A stretch of DNA of 63,727 bases, filler included, from Octopus bimaculoides (lineage: Eukaryota): NCBI RefSeq assembly GCF_001194135.2. It is 5 parts of 4 records of this genome, joined end to end, with 100 filler letters (N's around TTAATTAATTAA, not from the genome) between each part and the next. Parts side by side here need not be neighbours in the genome. Positions count along the whole stretch, not along the records: positions 1 to 17,947 come from NC_068982.1; positions 18,048 to 41,087 come from NC_068996.1; 3 more parts are not named here. The stretch is one strand, 5' to 3'. A program made the position numbers and the translations under genes. The notes below the pieces were generated by a model that ran no database searches, had not been told where the DNA came from, and was given only the letters and a program-made list of their open reading frames with translations. How positions within the stretch are numbered: the stretch's first letter is position 1; each line of letters begins with the position of its first letter. Shown here piece after piece: positions 11,670 through 23,655 of the stretch.

Positions 11670-12310
11670 TACTGGTTTCAGTCATTCCTCTGTGGCCATG
11701 CGGGAGCATTGCCTTGAAGAATTTTTAATCAAACATATTAATCAACCCCAGCACTTTTTTGTTGATTTGTCCCATACTTATTCTATCAGTCCCTTATGTC
11801 AAACTACTAAGTTGTGGGGATGTAAACACACCAACACCGGTTGTCAAGTAGTAAGTGGAGGACAAACACTGACACAAAAACACACACACACACACATGGA
11901 CACACACACACAAGCACACACACACACATGACTGGCTTCTTTCAGTTTCTGGCTACCAAATCTATGCACAAGGCTTTGGTTGGCCTGAGGCCATAGTAGA
12001 AACACTTGCCCAAGGTGCCACAGAGTGGCACTGAACCTCTGTGTGTGCGTGTGTGTGTGTCTTTTTGTCTGTGTTGGTTCCCCCACTCGATTACCAGTGT
12101 TGGTTTGTTTACATCCCTGTAACTCAGTGGTTCGGCTGCAGAGACAAATAGAATAATTACCAGGCTTTATAAAACAATAATAATAATGATAATAACAGAA
12201 ACAACAACAACAATAATTATAAGTAGTGGGGTCAATTTGTGCAACTTAAATTCTTCAAGACGGTACCCCAGCATGGCCACAGGTTAATGACTGAAACAAG
12301 TAAAATATAA
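11670..12310. mobile_element. Family B SINE cluster: minus-strand copy (about 11670-12038) plus a plus-strand 3' half (about 12055-12310)
   Basis: Diagnostic motifs TTCTTTCAGTTTC / CCCAAGGTGCCAC (minus copy) and CAGCATGGCCACAG...ATGACTGAAACAAGTAAAA (plus copy). Confidence 0.8.
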
Positions 12311-13203
12311 AAGATTGAAAAATAGTCTCAAAGAAAATAATGGTGAGAGAGTTTCTATATGGGTGTTCAAGCTGCTAGAAATAGCAGCTGAATCTCTCTC
12401 AAATCAAGCGCAATATTGTCAGCTTGGAAGGTTTGCGATGGTTATGGATTTGAGAGCTTTGATCATAAGTCTGCTCAATGATGACTAAACTGGAACTAAA
12501 TAACAACAACAACAACAAACAAAGCATTCTTTGTAGAAAAAAAAATAGAATAAAAGATTTAAACTTCAGAAACCTCACAATGCTAAATTATGCAAATTTC
12601 AAAGCTAAACTGGTAAATCAGGTAAGCTAAGACACAGAGTAAATTAAGAATTAAAAAGAAAATTTTAAAAAAGCAGAGCCTCAAAGAAAAACTTTCTAAA
12701 TTCCTGCAAATGATGGGAAATCAAAGAATGAATGGATTGAGGCAACATGGAAATAAATTCTGTAGACTAAACTGTTTCAAGAGAATAAAAAAGGATTTTA
12801 CATGGCATTAAACAGAAAGAAAATATGACTAAAAGACAATAGTACTTATAAAAAAAATATAAATGTTAGAAAAAAAAAAAAAACCAAACAAATGACCTGG
12901 TTTATACAAAGTTTTTTTAAATACTCTTAGAATATTAAGTACAAATAAAAATGAAAAATTTAAAGATAATCATGGAGGAGGAGTGCTTGAAAAATGGACG
13001 ACATTGGGGGAAGCTCCTGGTTTGAATAAGAGCCAAAGATAAAAGAGTGAATAGAAATATTAGTATTGTTATCAATACTGTTCGAGTCTGTATGATCGAA
13101 GGCATTTGAGGTATGGCTATCCCACATCTCTTTTGTGCCATAGTGTTCTACAGAAAACTTTGCATCTGGTGGTGAGGTATCATCTCAAAAGTTCTAGATT
13201 TTT

Positions 13204-13424
13204 AAGGTGGCGAGCTGGCAGAAACTTTAGCACACCGGGTGAAACGCTTAGTGGTATTTCATCTGTCTTTATGTTCTGAGTTCAAATTCCACTAAGGTCG
13301 ACTTTGCCTTTCATACTTTCGGTGTCGATAAGTACCAGTCGCATACTGGGGTTGATCTAATCATCTGGTCGTCTCCCCCAAAAACTTTGCCTTTCGTCCT
13401 TTCAGGGTCGATAAATTAAGTACC
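13204..13424 (+). mobile_element. Family C SINE, 5' part (interrupted by the inverted-repeat hammerhead element)
   Basis: Breaks at TAAGTACCA; the family consensus resumes at 14035 (CAGCTGTGTACTGGGGTCGATC). Confidence 0.85.
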
Positions 13425-13641
13425 AAATTACTATTTTTAAGTCTCACAATGAGAGATATTCAGCAACAGTACTTTGTAGTAAAGATTGTTTGCCAACATA
13501 ACATGGCAGTCCTGGTTTAGGACGAATGTTGCTGTAATTTAGCCCCAGGAGACATCGTCTCCAGCTGGCTTTACGACACGATCTGTGTCCTTTTATTTTC
13601 GAACAAGGGAATCTAGCATTCCCACTCAGCTCAAAGCAATA

Positions 13642-13686
13642 TCTGTGTATTGCAATTTCCGGGTTATTCCCCTTTATCAGCACAGA
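13642..13686 (-). ncRNA. Type I minimal hammerhead ribozyme motif (core G8 mutated to A)
   Basis: TCTGTG-CTGATAA-AGGGG AATAA CCCG-GAAA-TTGCAA-TA-CACAGA; stem I perfect; palindromic stem III ATTGCAAT. Confidence 0.65.
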
Positions 13687-13817
13687 ATAATTGTTCGGCT
13701 AGAGGTAGCGCTGCCAAATTCTCATTCGAAATACATAGTTTTCAATGTGACAACTAGTCACTGATCTATAAATTAGAAAATTACCATTTTTAAATCTCAG
13801 AATGAGAGAACAATTAT

Positions 13818-13859
13818 TCTGTGCTGATGAAGGGAAACCCAAAAATCGCGATACACAGA
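13818..13859 (+). ncRNA. Type I minimal hammerhead ribozyme motif (G12 of GAAA mutated)
   Basis: TCTGTG-CTGATGA-AGGG AAA CCCA-AAAA-TCGCGA-TA-CACAGA; palindromic stem III ATCGCGAT. The consensus of the two arms gives an intact core. Confidence 0.65.
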
Positions 13860-14034
13860 TATTGTTTTGAGCTAGTTGGGGTGCTAGATTCCCTTGTTTG
13901 AAAATATAAGGACACAGATCGTGTTGTATAGCCATCTGGAGGCAATGTCTCCTGGGGCTAAATTACAGCAACATTCATCCTAAAGAAGGACTGCCATGTT
14001 ATGTTGGCAAACAATCTTTACTAAAAATTACGTT

Positions 14035-14116
14035 TCAGCTGTGTACTGGGGTCGATCTGATCGACTGCTACCCCCTCCCCAAAATTTCAGGCCTTGTGCC
14101 TAGAGTAGAAAAAAAA
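14035..14116 (+). mobile_element. Family C SINE, 3' part
   Basis: GTACTGGGGTCGATCTGATCGACTG...GGCCTTGTGCCTAGAGTAGAAAA, the continuation of 13204-13424. Confidence 0.85.
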
Positions 14117-15289
14117 CAGTTCTAGAGTTTTGGGGAGTATGGAGTTACATCTTAGTCACATTGCTCCCAGGTTTACTTAGGCACTGGATGTTAATGTCCC
14201 TCTAATGTAAGACAGATTTGGCTGCAGTTTCCAGTGGCTTAAGAGACCAGGCATATGTTCTTTCAGTGTTTCTTGTTGTCAGTGTTTGTGGGATAAGTAA
14301 ATAATTATTGTATGGAGGAGACAACAGAAATTACATAAAACTGGTGACTTCTTATTGTCTGTTACAGGGCTTAAAACTTGCTGTGAATATTTAAGCACAA
14401 TACACTGCTAATAATGTTATGTTTAATACAGCTATACTAACAAAAGGAATTGTTCTACACATACTGATAAGAATATATTAGAAAACATTTCAAATTCAAA
14501 CATCTGATTCCAAGCAAAACACAAAATATACAGATGCTAAAAATTAAAATGGTATTTAAAGCATTTTTTGATGTCTGAGCTAGAAGCAGAAAGAGAAGGC
14601 TCCTAATACTTCTAAGGGACCCTGATACTGGTGTGGGGATGGCAGAAAATTATCCTCAGATCATAGACATCGTTTAAAGTATTTTGAGGTTTTCATTAAA
14701 AGATATTTAGCTGAAAGTTGAGTAGCCATGCGGAGCTTTCCATGCTAGTTCAACACACGGTAGTAAATTTTGGTGAAAACATGGAGAAAAATCAAATAGG
14801 CTGAAATGTCTTGGATCTTAAGTCTGTTTAACCAAAGCCTGACAACAACCAGCAGAACCTAAATCTTCAATGATTACACACATGGGAAGAAGGAACCAAT
14901 CCATTTAATGGTAACTACTTAATGTTTAGTAATTTTAAGAATTAATTGCCCAGGGCAGAGTCATAGTGCAGTACTGGCAACATAGATTGTGGTACCAAAT
15001 CTTTGGTTGGTTGTCTGAAACTGTATTGGTTCTGTTGTTGTAGTTCTCATAAGTTGATATAAAAGATGTGTTAACAGCCACACACAAAATGCACTTTTAC
15101 CAAATACATTAGCACACAAATAATTAGAAAACTGTACTTATATTTAATGTACTTAGCTAATGACTTAGAACATAATATTGTAATGATATAGATAAGAGAT
15201 AATATTATTGTAGAGTTGTAATTAATGTAAATATTCCTATACTTGGAACAATTTGTAGAAAGACAATTAATTGTATAATATTGTATAAT

Positions 15290-15722
15290 GGTAGCAAGCT
15301 GGCAGAAACGTTTGCATGCCGGGTGAAATGCTTAGCAGTGTTTCGTCTGCCATTATGTTCTGAGTTCAAATTCTGCCAAGGTCGACTTTGCCTTTCATCC
15401 TTTTGGGGTCGATAAATTAAGTACCAGTTACGCACTGGAGTCGATATAATCGACTTAATCCCTTTGTCTGACCTTGTTTGTCCCCTCTATGTTTAGCCCG
15501 TTGTGGGCAATAAAGAAATAAGAAACGTTAGCACGCAGGGCAAAATGCTTAGCGGTATTTCATCTGTCTTTACATTCTGAGTTCAAATTCTGCCAGGGGT
15601 CGACTTTGCCTTTCATCCTTTTGAGGTCGATAAATTAAGTACCAGTGTGTACTGGAGTCGATCTAATTGACTGGCCCCACCTCCAAAATTTCGGGCCTTG
15701 TACCTAGAGTAGAAAAGAATAT
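15290..15722 (+). mobile_element. Two tandem family C SINEs with different 3' ends
   Basis: Both have GTCGACTTTGCCTTTCATCCTTTTG.GGTCGATAAATTAAGTACCAG; one ends GTGGGCAATAAAGAAATAAG, the other GTACCTAGAGTAGAAAAGAAT. Confidence 0.88.
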
Positions 15723-15774
15723 TGTTTAAAAGAAGCTTTCTTTATAGTTTTGCTTACAAAATATTCATGAAAGG

Positions 15775-16055
15775 TACAGATGTGTCGGTGTAGTGAGAAG
15801 CTAGCTTATCAATCATATGGTTCCTGGTTCAGCCCCACTGCATGGCACCTTGAGAAAATATTTTCTGCTTCAAACTTGTGAGTGGATTCGTGTATATACA
15901 TATGTATATAGTTGTGTGTGTACATGTGCCTGTCTTTGTTCCCACTACACACACACACATCATACCACTGCCTGACAACTGGTGTTAGGGTGCTTACACC
16001 CCTGTTACTTAACAGTTCAGCAAAAGAGGCCAATAGATTTAGAACCAGGCTTTAA
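15775..16055 (+). mobile_element. Family B SINE (degraded)
   Basis: GGTTCAGCCCCACTGCATGGCACCTTG...CAGTTCAGCAAAAGAGGCCAATAG. Confidence 0.75.
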
Positions 16056-16246
16056 AAAAATATTCCTGATTGATATTCTATTAGAACAGGTAGCACATTC
16101 TGTTCTTGAGCAAAACACTTCTTTTAAGCCTAGAACTTATTCTACCAGTCTCTTTTACTGAACCATTAAGTTACAGGGATGTAAACGCACCAAGACCGGT
16201 TGTTGAGCAGTGGTGGTGGACAAACATTATCATCATCATCATCATC

Positions 16247-16520
16247 ATTTAACACCCGTTGTCTATGGGTTGGACGGTTTGACTGGGACTGGCAAGCCAG
16301 GCGGCCCCACCAGGCTCCAGTCTGATCTGGCAGAGTTTCTACAGCTGGATGCCCTTCCTAATGCCAACCACTCCAAAAGTGTAATGGGTGCTTTTACGTG
16401 CCACCGACACAAGTGCCATTAGCATGACACCAGTATCTGCCCTGACTGCGATTCTACTCAGATTGATGGGTCTTCTCAAGCCCACCATAACACCATAGTT
16501 TTCAGTCATTGCCTCCTTGA
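16247..16520 (+). mobile_element. Interspersed repeat family D
   Basis: GGTTGGACGGTTTGAC...GGCTCCAGTCTGATCTGGCAGAGTTTCTACAGCTGGATGCCCTTCCTAATGCCAACC; reverse copies at 17205-17395 and 17695-17830. Confidence 0.8.
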
Positions 16521-17204
16521 GGCCCATATATATATTTATATATGAGTGAGGAGACAAACAAAAGAAGGGCACTCAACACATTTATTTGGAATTACATATA
16601 TGGATCAAAATAGTTTGATTGAAATTCATTTGAAACTTTAATACTAACAAATTTGAATCAAACTGTTTTGATCCATATATATATATNNNNNNNNNNNNNN
16701 NNNNNNNNNNNNNNNNNNNNNNNNNNNNNNNNNNNNNNNNNNNNNNNNNNNNNNNNNNNNNNNNNNNNNNNNNNNNNNNNNNNNNNNNNNNNNNNNNNNN
16801 NNNNNNNNNNNNNNNNNNNNNNNNNNNNNNNNNNNNNNNNNNNNNNNNNNNNNNNNNNNNNNNNNNNNNNNNNNNNNNNNNNNNNNNNNNNNNAATCATT
16901 AATAATGATTTTTTTTAGGTGATTTTAAATGTCTTGCCCGCTCACGTTTTTTGGTATGCTGCTATATTTCATGTTGAGAACTTTTTAGGTCTTAATAGAC
17001 ACAAAATGTGATCTATTTCTAGCGCATTAATTGTCCACGTTAGTGGTCAACGTTATTTTAAAATGTACCTTAATCCCCTGAGATTGCAGATAATATTTCT
17101 GAATCTCTTTGATTCTTTAAATGTGCTGGCCCCCTGATAATTAATCGATATTAATTAATATATTAATATATGACTAATTACCAGATCTTATATATATATA
17201 TATA

Positions 17205-17395
17205 TCATGCAAATGGCATCCATGCCAGTGGCGCATAGCAGCATCCATTACACTCTCAGAGGGGTTGGAATTAGGAAGGGCATCCAGCTGTAGAGACCAT
17301 GCCAAATCAGACTGGAGTCTGGTACAGCCTTCCATCTTACCAGCCCTGGTCAAACCGTCCAACCCATGCCAGCATGGACAACAAGCATTAAATGA
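17205..17395 (-). mobile_element. Interspersed repeat family D
   Basis: Reverse complement of 16247-16400, with a (GAT)n flank. Confidence 0.8.
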
Positions 17396-17639
17396 TGATG
17401 GTGATGATGACAATGATGACATATAGTGGCTGGCTTCTTACTTAGGACAAGAATAACTCAAGCCAGAGAGAGTACTCAACACTGTAGAGGCAAGGGTTTT
17501 CTATGACTCTTTTCATGTGCTTTTGATCCTGGATGTTCTTGGTCAGATTTAAGCGGGAAGCATTGACATGACAATGCGGGAAGGAGTGGAACAAAATTGC
17601 TTTTGTACCAAATTCAATAATGTCTTCTTGCGGCATTGC

Positions 17640-17830
17640 TGTGTGGAAGGAAGATTGATTTTCTCATTTCAGACCCACTGAATGGCACCTTAGGCAAGCA
17701 GTGATTGGCATTAGGAAAGGCATCCGACCATACAGACCATGTCAAAACAGACAATTGGAGCCTGGTTTTCCAGTTCCTGTCAAACTGTTCAAGCCATGCT
17801 AGCATGGAAAATATTCATTAAATGATGATG
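17640..17830 (-). mobile_element. Family D copy plus a family B head fragment
   Basis: GGCATTAGGAAAGGCATCC...CCATGCTAGCATGGAAAA matches family D; CACCTTAGGCAAG matches family B. Confidence 0.65.
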
Positions 17831-17881
17831 ATATTATATACGTACATAAATACATACACGGATACATTTACACACACACAC

Positions 17882-17947
<66 letters not shown>

Positions 17948-18395
17948 NNNNNNNNNNNNNNNNNNNNNNNNNNNNNNNNNNNNNNNNNNNNTTAATTAAT
18001 TAANNNNNNNNNNNNNNNNNNNNNNNNNNNNNNNNNNNNNNNNNNNNTATATATGTATGTATGTATGTATGTATGTGTGTGTGTGTATGTATATATATAT
18101 ATTTACTCAGGGACTAGTAGACCTGACACCGTTCAGTTTTCGGTGTGCATTCAAAGCAATGATTAGTAATATTACGAAACTGGTATGCTTTTGAATCTCT
18201 TTAACAATTCACAATAATGACTTTTATTAGTTTTATTCCTACCTCACTTCATCTAATTGTATATATCTATCATTACATTTCATAAAAAAGCCTTTACTTT
18301 TGTTGATTTCCAATGTGCATTTTCGCTTATTTTTCTTCTTACTTTCCCCTTACATTTCCACGTGTAGTTTCTATTTTGTTTTTGTAACATATTTC

Positions 18396-18450
<55 letters not shown>

Positions 18451-18497
18451 ACGGAATGGTATTATTTATTTAGATGGCATTAAAGAACCGTCGATTT

Positions 18498-18690
18498 TTA
18501 GAATCGTATGAACATGGAATAAGTACTTAACGTTACTTCTGGCTCTCTTCATTTTGAATTCAAATCCCACCTCGGTGAACTTTTTCCTTTTATTTCTCCG
18601 AGGTCAGTTAAGTAAGTACTACTTGCGTACCCTGGTCAATTTAATCTAAGCATCTCCTATTAAAATTTCTACCCTTATGGCTAAAATAGA
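18498..18690 (+). mobile_element. Degraded family C SINE
   Basis: TTTTGAATTCAAATCCCACCTCGGTGAACTTTTTCCTTTT...GTAAGTACTACTTGCGTACCCTGGTCAATTTAATC. Confidence 0.6.
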
Positions 18691-19059
18691 AAACCAGTGT
18701 TTGTTTAAAGCCCTGTGGATATGAATCATATCTAGAAACTGCTCGATTCTAGTATTCAAACCTCCTTGTAATTTTTCGATCTTTTTCCAGAGGGTGAAAG
18801 GTAAAACTGATCTTGGGAGAGCTTAAATTTCTGTTAAGTATTACTGTTAACGCACGCAATTCTCATATGACTTTCCATGGTTTTCTTCCTTGTTTTTCTT
18901 TTTTCACCCCACACCCCACTTTTCTCCCCTTGGTTTTCGGCTTCCTCTGCAGCTAAGATGATTTAAAATTTAATAAGTTAATTTATATTACACCTCCACT
19001 CAAGGGAGTAGACTAAACCAAAGATAAAAATGTTAGGTGTCTAGGAATTATAACTTGCA

Positions 19060-19797
19060 CTCATTGTGTGACCTCCATTGGTTGGTGGTTCGCCCTGACG
19101 CATAATTAGCTCACAGTAAAAAGAAAATGTCCCGCAGCGTAAGTGATTACAAATGTTGCGTCGTCAAACATCAATATTTGCAATAATCTAAAGTATAAAA
19201 CGTTAACTTCAGTTGCAGTATGTATTCACACACACACACACACACATTCATATATGTAATCTATATATATTATATATATGTGTGTGTATATATATATGCA
19301 TACATATATATATCTATACATATACTTATGTATATACTTTCACACACACACATATATGTATGTGTAGGTGTATATATATATATATATGTATATATATATA
19401 CATACACTTAATGTATACATACACACATAATACATATACATACGCCATTAAATATAGCTTTATACATGTATATATACTTATATACATAGGTCATTATATC
19501 CTAATATACAATTCCAAAAGGCTGACCACTTCACAGTCACATGTACCCTTATCCTAATTCTCAATAAAAAATGGTGTAACAAGGTGTGACACGGTGTGAG
19601 GCAATTCTCTTTTAGCATTCTTCAATTAAATGTGCACTCTAAAGTTCTATATAGACTCTTTTTTTTTCTATTACATTCACAAAAAATAGGTTGGTTCTAG
19701 GCTATAGAGAACAATTGCCCAAGATGGCAAACAGAGCGACCGAACACGATTTCATTGCAGCGAAGCGAAAATTTTAACCTTTCCGCCATAGTGGCGC

Positions 19798-19800
<3 letters not shown>
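19060..19800. promoter_or_regulatory. Possible promoter zone (locally CpG-richer unique sequence)
   Basis: Reverse CCAAT (ATTGG) at about 19077, TGACGCA at about 19096, aaaATGTCCCGCAGC|GTAAGT at 19127-19144, YY1-like AAGATGGC (about 19721) and CCGCCAT (about 19782). Motif-level evidence only. Confidence 0.25.

Positions 19801-19886
<86 letters not shown>
19800..19886. repeat. (CA)n microsatellite
   Basis: Direct reading. Confidence 0.98.
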
Positions 19887-19892
<6 letters not shown>

Positions 19893-20178
19893 GATATTTC
19901 AATCGGCAGAAAGTTTTAAAATGACTTAAGGACGAGTGTTTTAACGTTTGGCACTTAACGAAAGCTAAATAGAATTTCATAAAGTATATATACACTATGA
20001 GTTGAGTTTTATTTTCCATATTGATTCTACCAAACCTTCTTTTCTGTCTGTCTGTTTGTCTAACTCTCTGTCTCTCCTTCTCTCGTTATACATGTCTATC
20101 TTGTGCGCATAGTTCGTTGTACGACAATATTATATGAGTTAGGGCTCCACGTGCATGATACACACACACACGCACACG

Positions 20179-20226
<48 letters not shown>

Positions 20227-20231
20227 ATATG

Positions 20232-20369
20232 ACAAAAAGTTTACTCCCCACCAATATACTTTTGAATTCAGTTCCACTGCCTGACATTTTGGCCAAGAGT
20301 CTTCTACTATATAACATGATGCTGATCAAAGACTTGTGGATTTGGTTAAGGGAAAGTGAAAGAAGCCCT
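20232..20369 (+). mobile_element. Degraded family B SINE 5' half
   Basis: GAATTCAGTTCCACTG...AGTCTTCTACTATA...GTGAAAGAAGCCC. Confidence 0.65.
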
Positions 20370-21172
20370 TGTGTGTGTGTGTATATANNNNNNNNNNNNN
20401 NNNNNNNNNNNNNNNNNNNNNNNNNNNNNNNNNNNNNNNNNNNNNNNNNNNNNNNNNNNNNNNNNNNNNNNNNNNNNNNNNNNNNNNNNNNNNNNNNNNN
20501 NNNNNNNNNNNNNNNNNNNNNNNNNNNNNNNNNNNNNNNNNNNNNNNNNNNNNNNNNNNNNNNNNNNNNNNNNNNNNNNNNNNNNNNNNNNNNNNNNNNN
20601 NNNNNNNNNNNNNNNNNNNNNNNNNNNNNNNNNNNNNNNNNNNNNNNNNNNNNNNNNNNNNNNNNNNNNNNNNNNNNNNNNNNNNNNNNNNNNNNNNNNN
20701 NNNNNNNNNNNNNNNNNNNNNNNNNNNNNNNNNNNNNNNNNNNNNNNNNNNNNNNNNNNNNNNNNNNNNNNNNNNNNNNNNNNNNNNNNNNNNNNNNNNN
20801 NNNNNNNNNNNNNNNNNNNNNNNNNNNNNNNNNNNNNNNNNNNNNNNNNNNNNNNNNNNNNNNNNNNNNNNNNNNNNNNNNNNNNNNNNNNNNNNNNNNN
20901 NNNNNNNNNNNNNNNNNNNNNNNNNNNNNNNNNNNNNNNNNNNNNNNNNNNNNNNNNNNNNNNNNNNNNNNNNNNNNNNNNNNNNNNNNNNNNNNNNNNN
21001 NNNNNNNNNNNNNNNNNNNNNNNNNNNNNNNNNNNNNNNNNNNNNNNNNNNNNNNNNNNNNNNNNNNNNNNNNNNNNNNNNNNNNNNNNNNNNNNNNNNN
21101 NNNNNNNNNNNNNNNNNNNNNNNNNNNNNNNNNNNNNNNNNNNNNNNNNNNNNNNNNNNNNNNNNNNNNNNN

Positions 21173-21221
<49 letters not shown>

Positions 21222-21344
21222 GATAGAGACAGAGAGAGATACAGAGAGAGAGATACAGAGAGAGAGAGACAGAGAGTAGTGGCACAACAAGGCACCAGTG
21301 TTTACTAGAAATAGCAGTCGATATATGGCAACACGTAAGTACGA

Positions 21345-21785
21345 TCCAGTAATCTAAGTACAGGAAGTTAGTAAGCTTCAAGTATTTATGCAGCTGGTGC
21401 AGATAGCAAAAAAAGGACAATGGACGATGAAACATGTTTATTAAGATTGGACGCTGCAACACTTTTTCGCATATCTGAATTAAAAGGAAATTCGATAAAC
21501 TGACAGTCACCATACAACTCAAGGTTTAGCAACCAAAGGTGCTAAGAATGCGAATAAAAATCCCCAAAGTAACAAACGGTACACGTAAAGCACAGACCAC
21601 GACCGTTTTATAGGCATTCCTGCACTGGCCAGCTTGCTGACTCAATTGCTAATCTCTAAACGGTATTGGAGAAGACGTAGAGGTAACAATGACCTAAACT
21701 GGTCTGTATTTCTTAAAACCTGTGCGTAATAAGCTTCACATTTTTATGAAACGGTCGGAGTTCGCGGTCTACTTGTTCCTTTGGA
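21345..21785 (+). mobile_element. Highly degraded RTE-type LINE RT C-terminal fragment
   Basis: Frameshifted pieces VQEVS..FKYLC, MDDETCLLRLDAATLFR, LKV.QPKVL and LLVPL occur in the order expected for the RTE FKYLG / DDEI..RLAKA.AAF / LKVY / LLFGE motifs. Confidence 0.5.
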
Positions 21786-21879
21786 TATATATATATAATT
21801 TATTAATGAGGGCAGAAATTGATATTAATTCAATTAAAACCAGTGGTCTAGCATATTAAAAAAATCCGAAGATTAAAAT

Positions 21880-22027
21880 TATATTACATACAAAAATAAG
21901 AGGAATGACCAGCAAAAGTGGACTCCTATATGCTAGAAATAGATGCCGAATCATGATTCGGCATCTATTTCTAGCATATAGGAGTCCACTTTTGCTGGTC
22001 ATTTCTCTTATTTTTGTATGTAATATA
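21880..22027. repeat. Loopless palindrome with 74-bp arms and one mismatch
   Basis: Centre GATGCCGAATCA|TGATTCGGCATC; the arms are reverse complements except GAGGAAT vs GAGAAAT. Confidence 0.95.
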
Positions 22028-22194
22028 TATATATATTATATATATAGAGAGAGAGAGAAAGAGAGAGAGAGAAAGAGAGAGAGAGATAGGTCGATAGATA
22101 AAAAGATAGGTAGATAGATACATCGATAGCTAGCTAGCTAGCTAGATAGATAGATAGATAGACACATATGTATGTACGTATGACTGTGTATACG

Positions 22195-22405
22195 TGCACG
22201 TGTGTTTATGTTTGTGTTTGTCCACCACCGCTTGACAACCTGTGCTTGCTTACATCCTCATGACGTAGCGGTTCGTGAAAGGCGACTGCTAGGATAAGTA
22301 CCAGTCTTAGAAACAAATAAGTACTGGAGGTGATTTGTCAGACCAAACCCTTCGAGGCTGTGTTCCAGCATGGCCGCAATCCAGAGACTCGGAGAAGTAA
22401 AAGCT
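22195..22405 (+). mobile_element. Family B SINE 3' half
   Basis: CCGCTTGACAACC...GATAAGTACCAG...CCAGCATGGCCGCAATCC...AAGTAAAAG. Confidence 0.75.
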
Positions 22406-22830
22406 AATAGATCGCGTGATCACGTGATCGACCAAACTATCGAATGTTATTGCACATCACTGATCACAATGCGCTTTTCATCTTTTTAGCTTTCGAATGA
22501 TACCATCCCGTACATATAGAGGTAAGAAGGTAAATAAAGAGAGTTAGAGCTCATATATAAATATTTGCATGGAACACTGTTAATATAGCAAAAAGTATAC
22601 GAATTATGTTGTCTTAACTCGGCAGCTGTTTCAGGAAGCCAAGTGTTACGTAATAAGCATCATTTGTAAGAGATATATATACGAAAAATAACAAGGAAAT
22701 CCAACCAGTGTCCAGTCACATGAAAATATTACAGCAAGTACCGATGCCCTTTTCAAGAGACGAATGGCAAATACGAGTGGTGTAGTAGTGCGCTGGCAAA
22801 TTTAAAACCTCTCTTTCTTCCTCTCTCTCT

Positions 22831-22876
<46 letters not shown>

Positions 22877-23610
22877 NNNNNNNNNNNNNNNNNNNNNNNN
22901 NNNNNNNNNNNNNNNNNNNNNNNNNNNNNNNNNNNNNNNNNNNNNNNNNNNNNNNNNNNNNNNNNNNNNNNNNNNNNNNNNNNNNNNNNNNNNNNNNNNN
23001 NNNNNNNNNNNNNNNNNNNNNNNNNNNNNNNNNNNNNNNNNNNNNNNNNNNNNNNNNNNNNNNNNNNNNNNNNNNNNNNNNNNNNNNNNNNNNNNNNNNN
23101 NNNNNNNNNNNNNNNNNNNNNNNNNNNNNNNNNNNNNNNNNNNNNNNNNNNNNNNNNNNNNNNNNNNNNNNNNNNNNNNNNNNNNNNNNNNNNNNNNNNN
23201 NNNNNNNNNNNNNNNNNNNNNNNNNNNNNNNNNNNNNNNNNNNNNNNNNNNNNNNNNNNNNNNNNNNNNNNNNNNNNNNNNNNNNNNNNNNNNNNNNNNN
23301 NNNNNNNNNNNNNNNNNNNNNNNNNNNNNNNNNNNNNNNNNNNNNNNNNNNNNNNNNNNNNNNNNNNNNNNNNNNNNNNNNNNNNNNNNNNNNNNNNNNN
23401 NNNNNNNNNNNNNNNNNNNNNNNNNNNNNNNNNNNNNNNNNNNNNNNNNNNNNNNNNNNNNNNNNNNNNNNNNNNNNNNNNNNNNNNNNNNNNNNNNNNN
23501 NNNNNNNNNNNNNNNNNNNNNNNNNNNNNNNNNNNNNNNNNNNNNNNNNNNNNNNNNNNNNNNNNNNNNNNNNNNNNNNNNNNNNNNNNNNNNNNNNNNN
23601 NNNNNNNNNN

Positions 23611-23655
<45 letters not shown>

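Larger units (their letters stand above)
13433..14022. mobile_element. Non-autonomous PLE-like/retrozyme-like element with about 217-bp inverted arms, each carrying a hammerhead motif
   Basis: Arms 13478-13696 and 13808-14022 are imperfect reverse complements; 24-bp direct repeat at 13433-13456 and 13786-13809. Confidence 0.8.

Noticed and set aside
12935-13190. Minus-strand open frames of about 70 codons
   Set aside because: No recognisable domain and no donor site; consistent with chance.
17992-18003. TTAATTAATTAA inside N runs (also at 41132-41143, 47323-47334 and 62125-62136)
   Set aside because: The identical 12-mer sits between two N blocks each time and has stops in all frames; it is an artificial scaffolding spacer, not biology.
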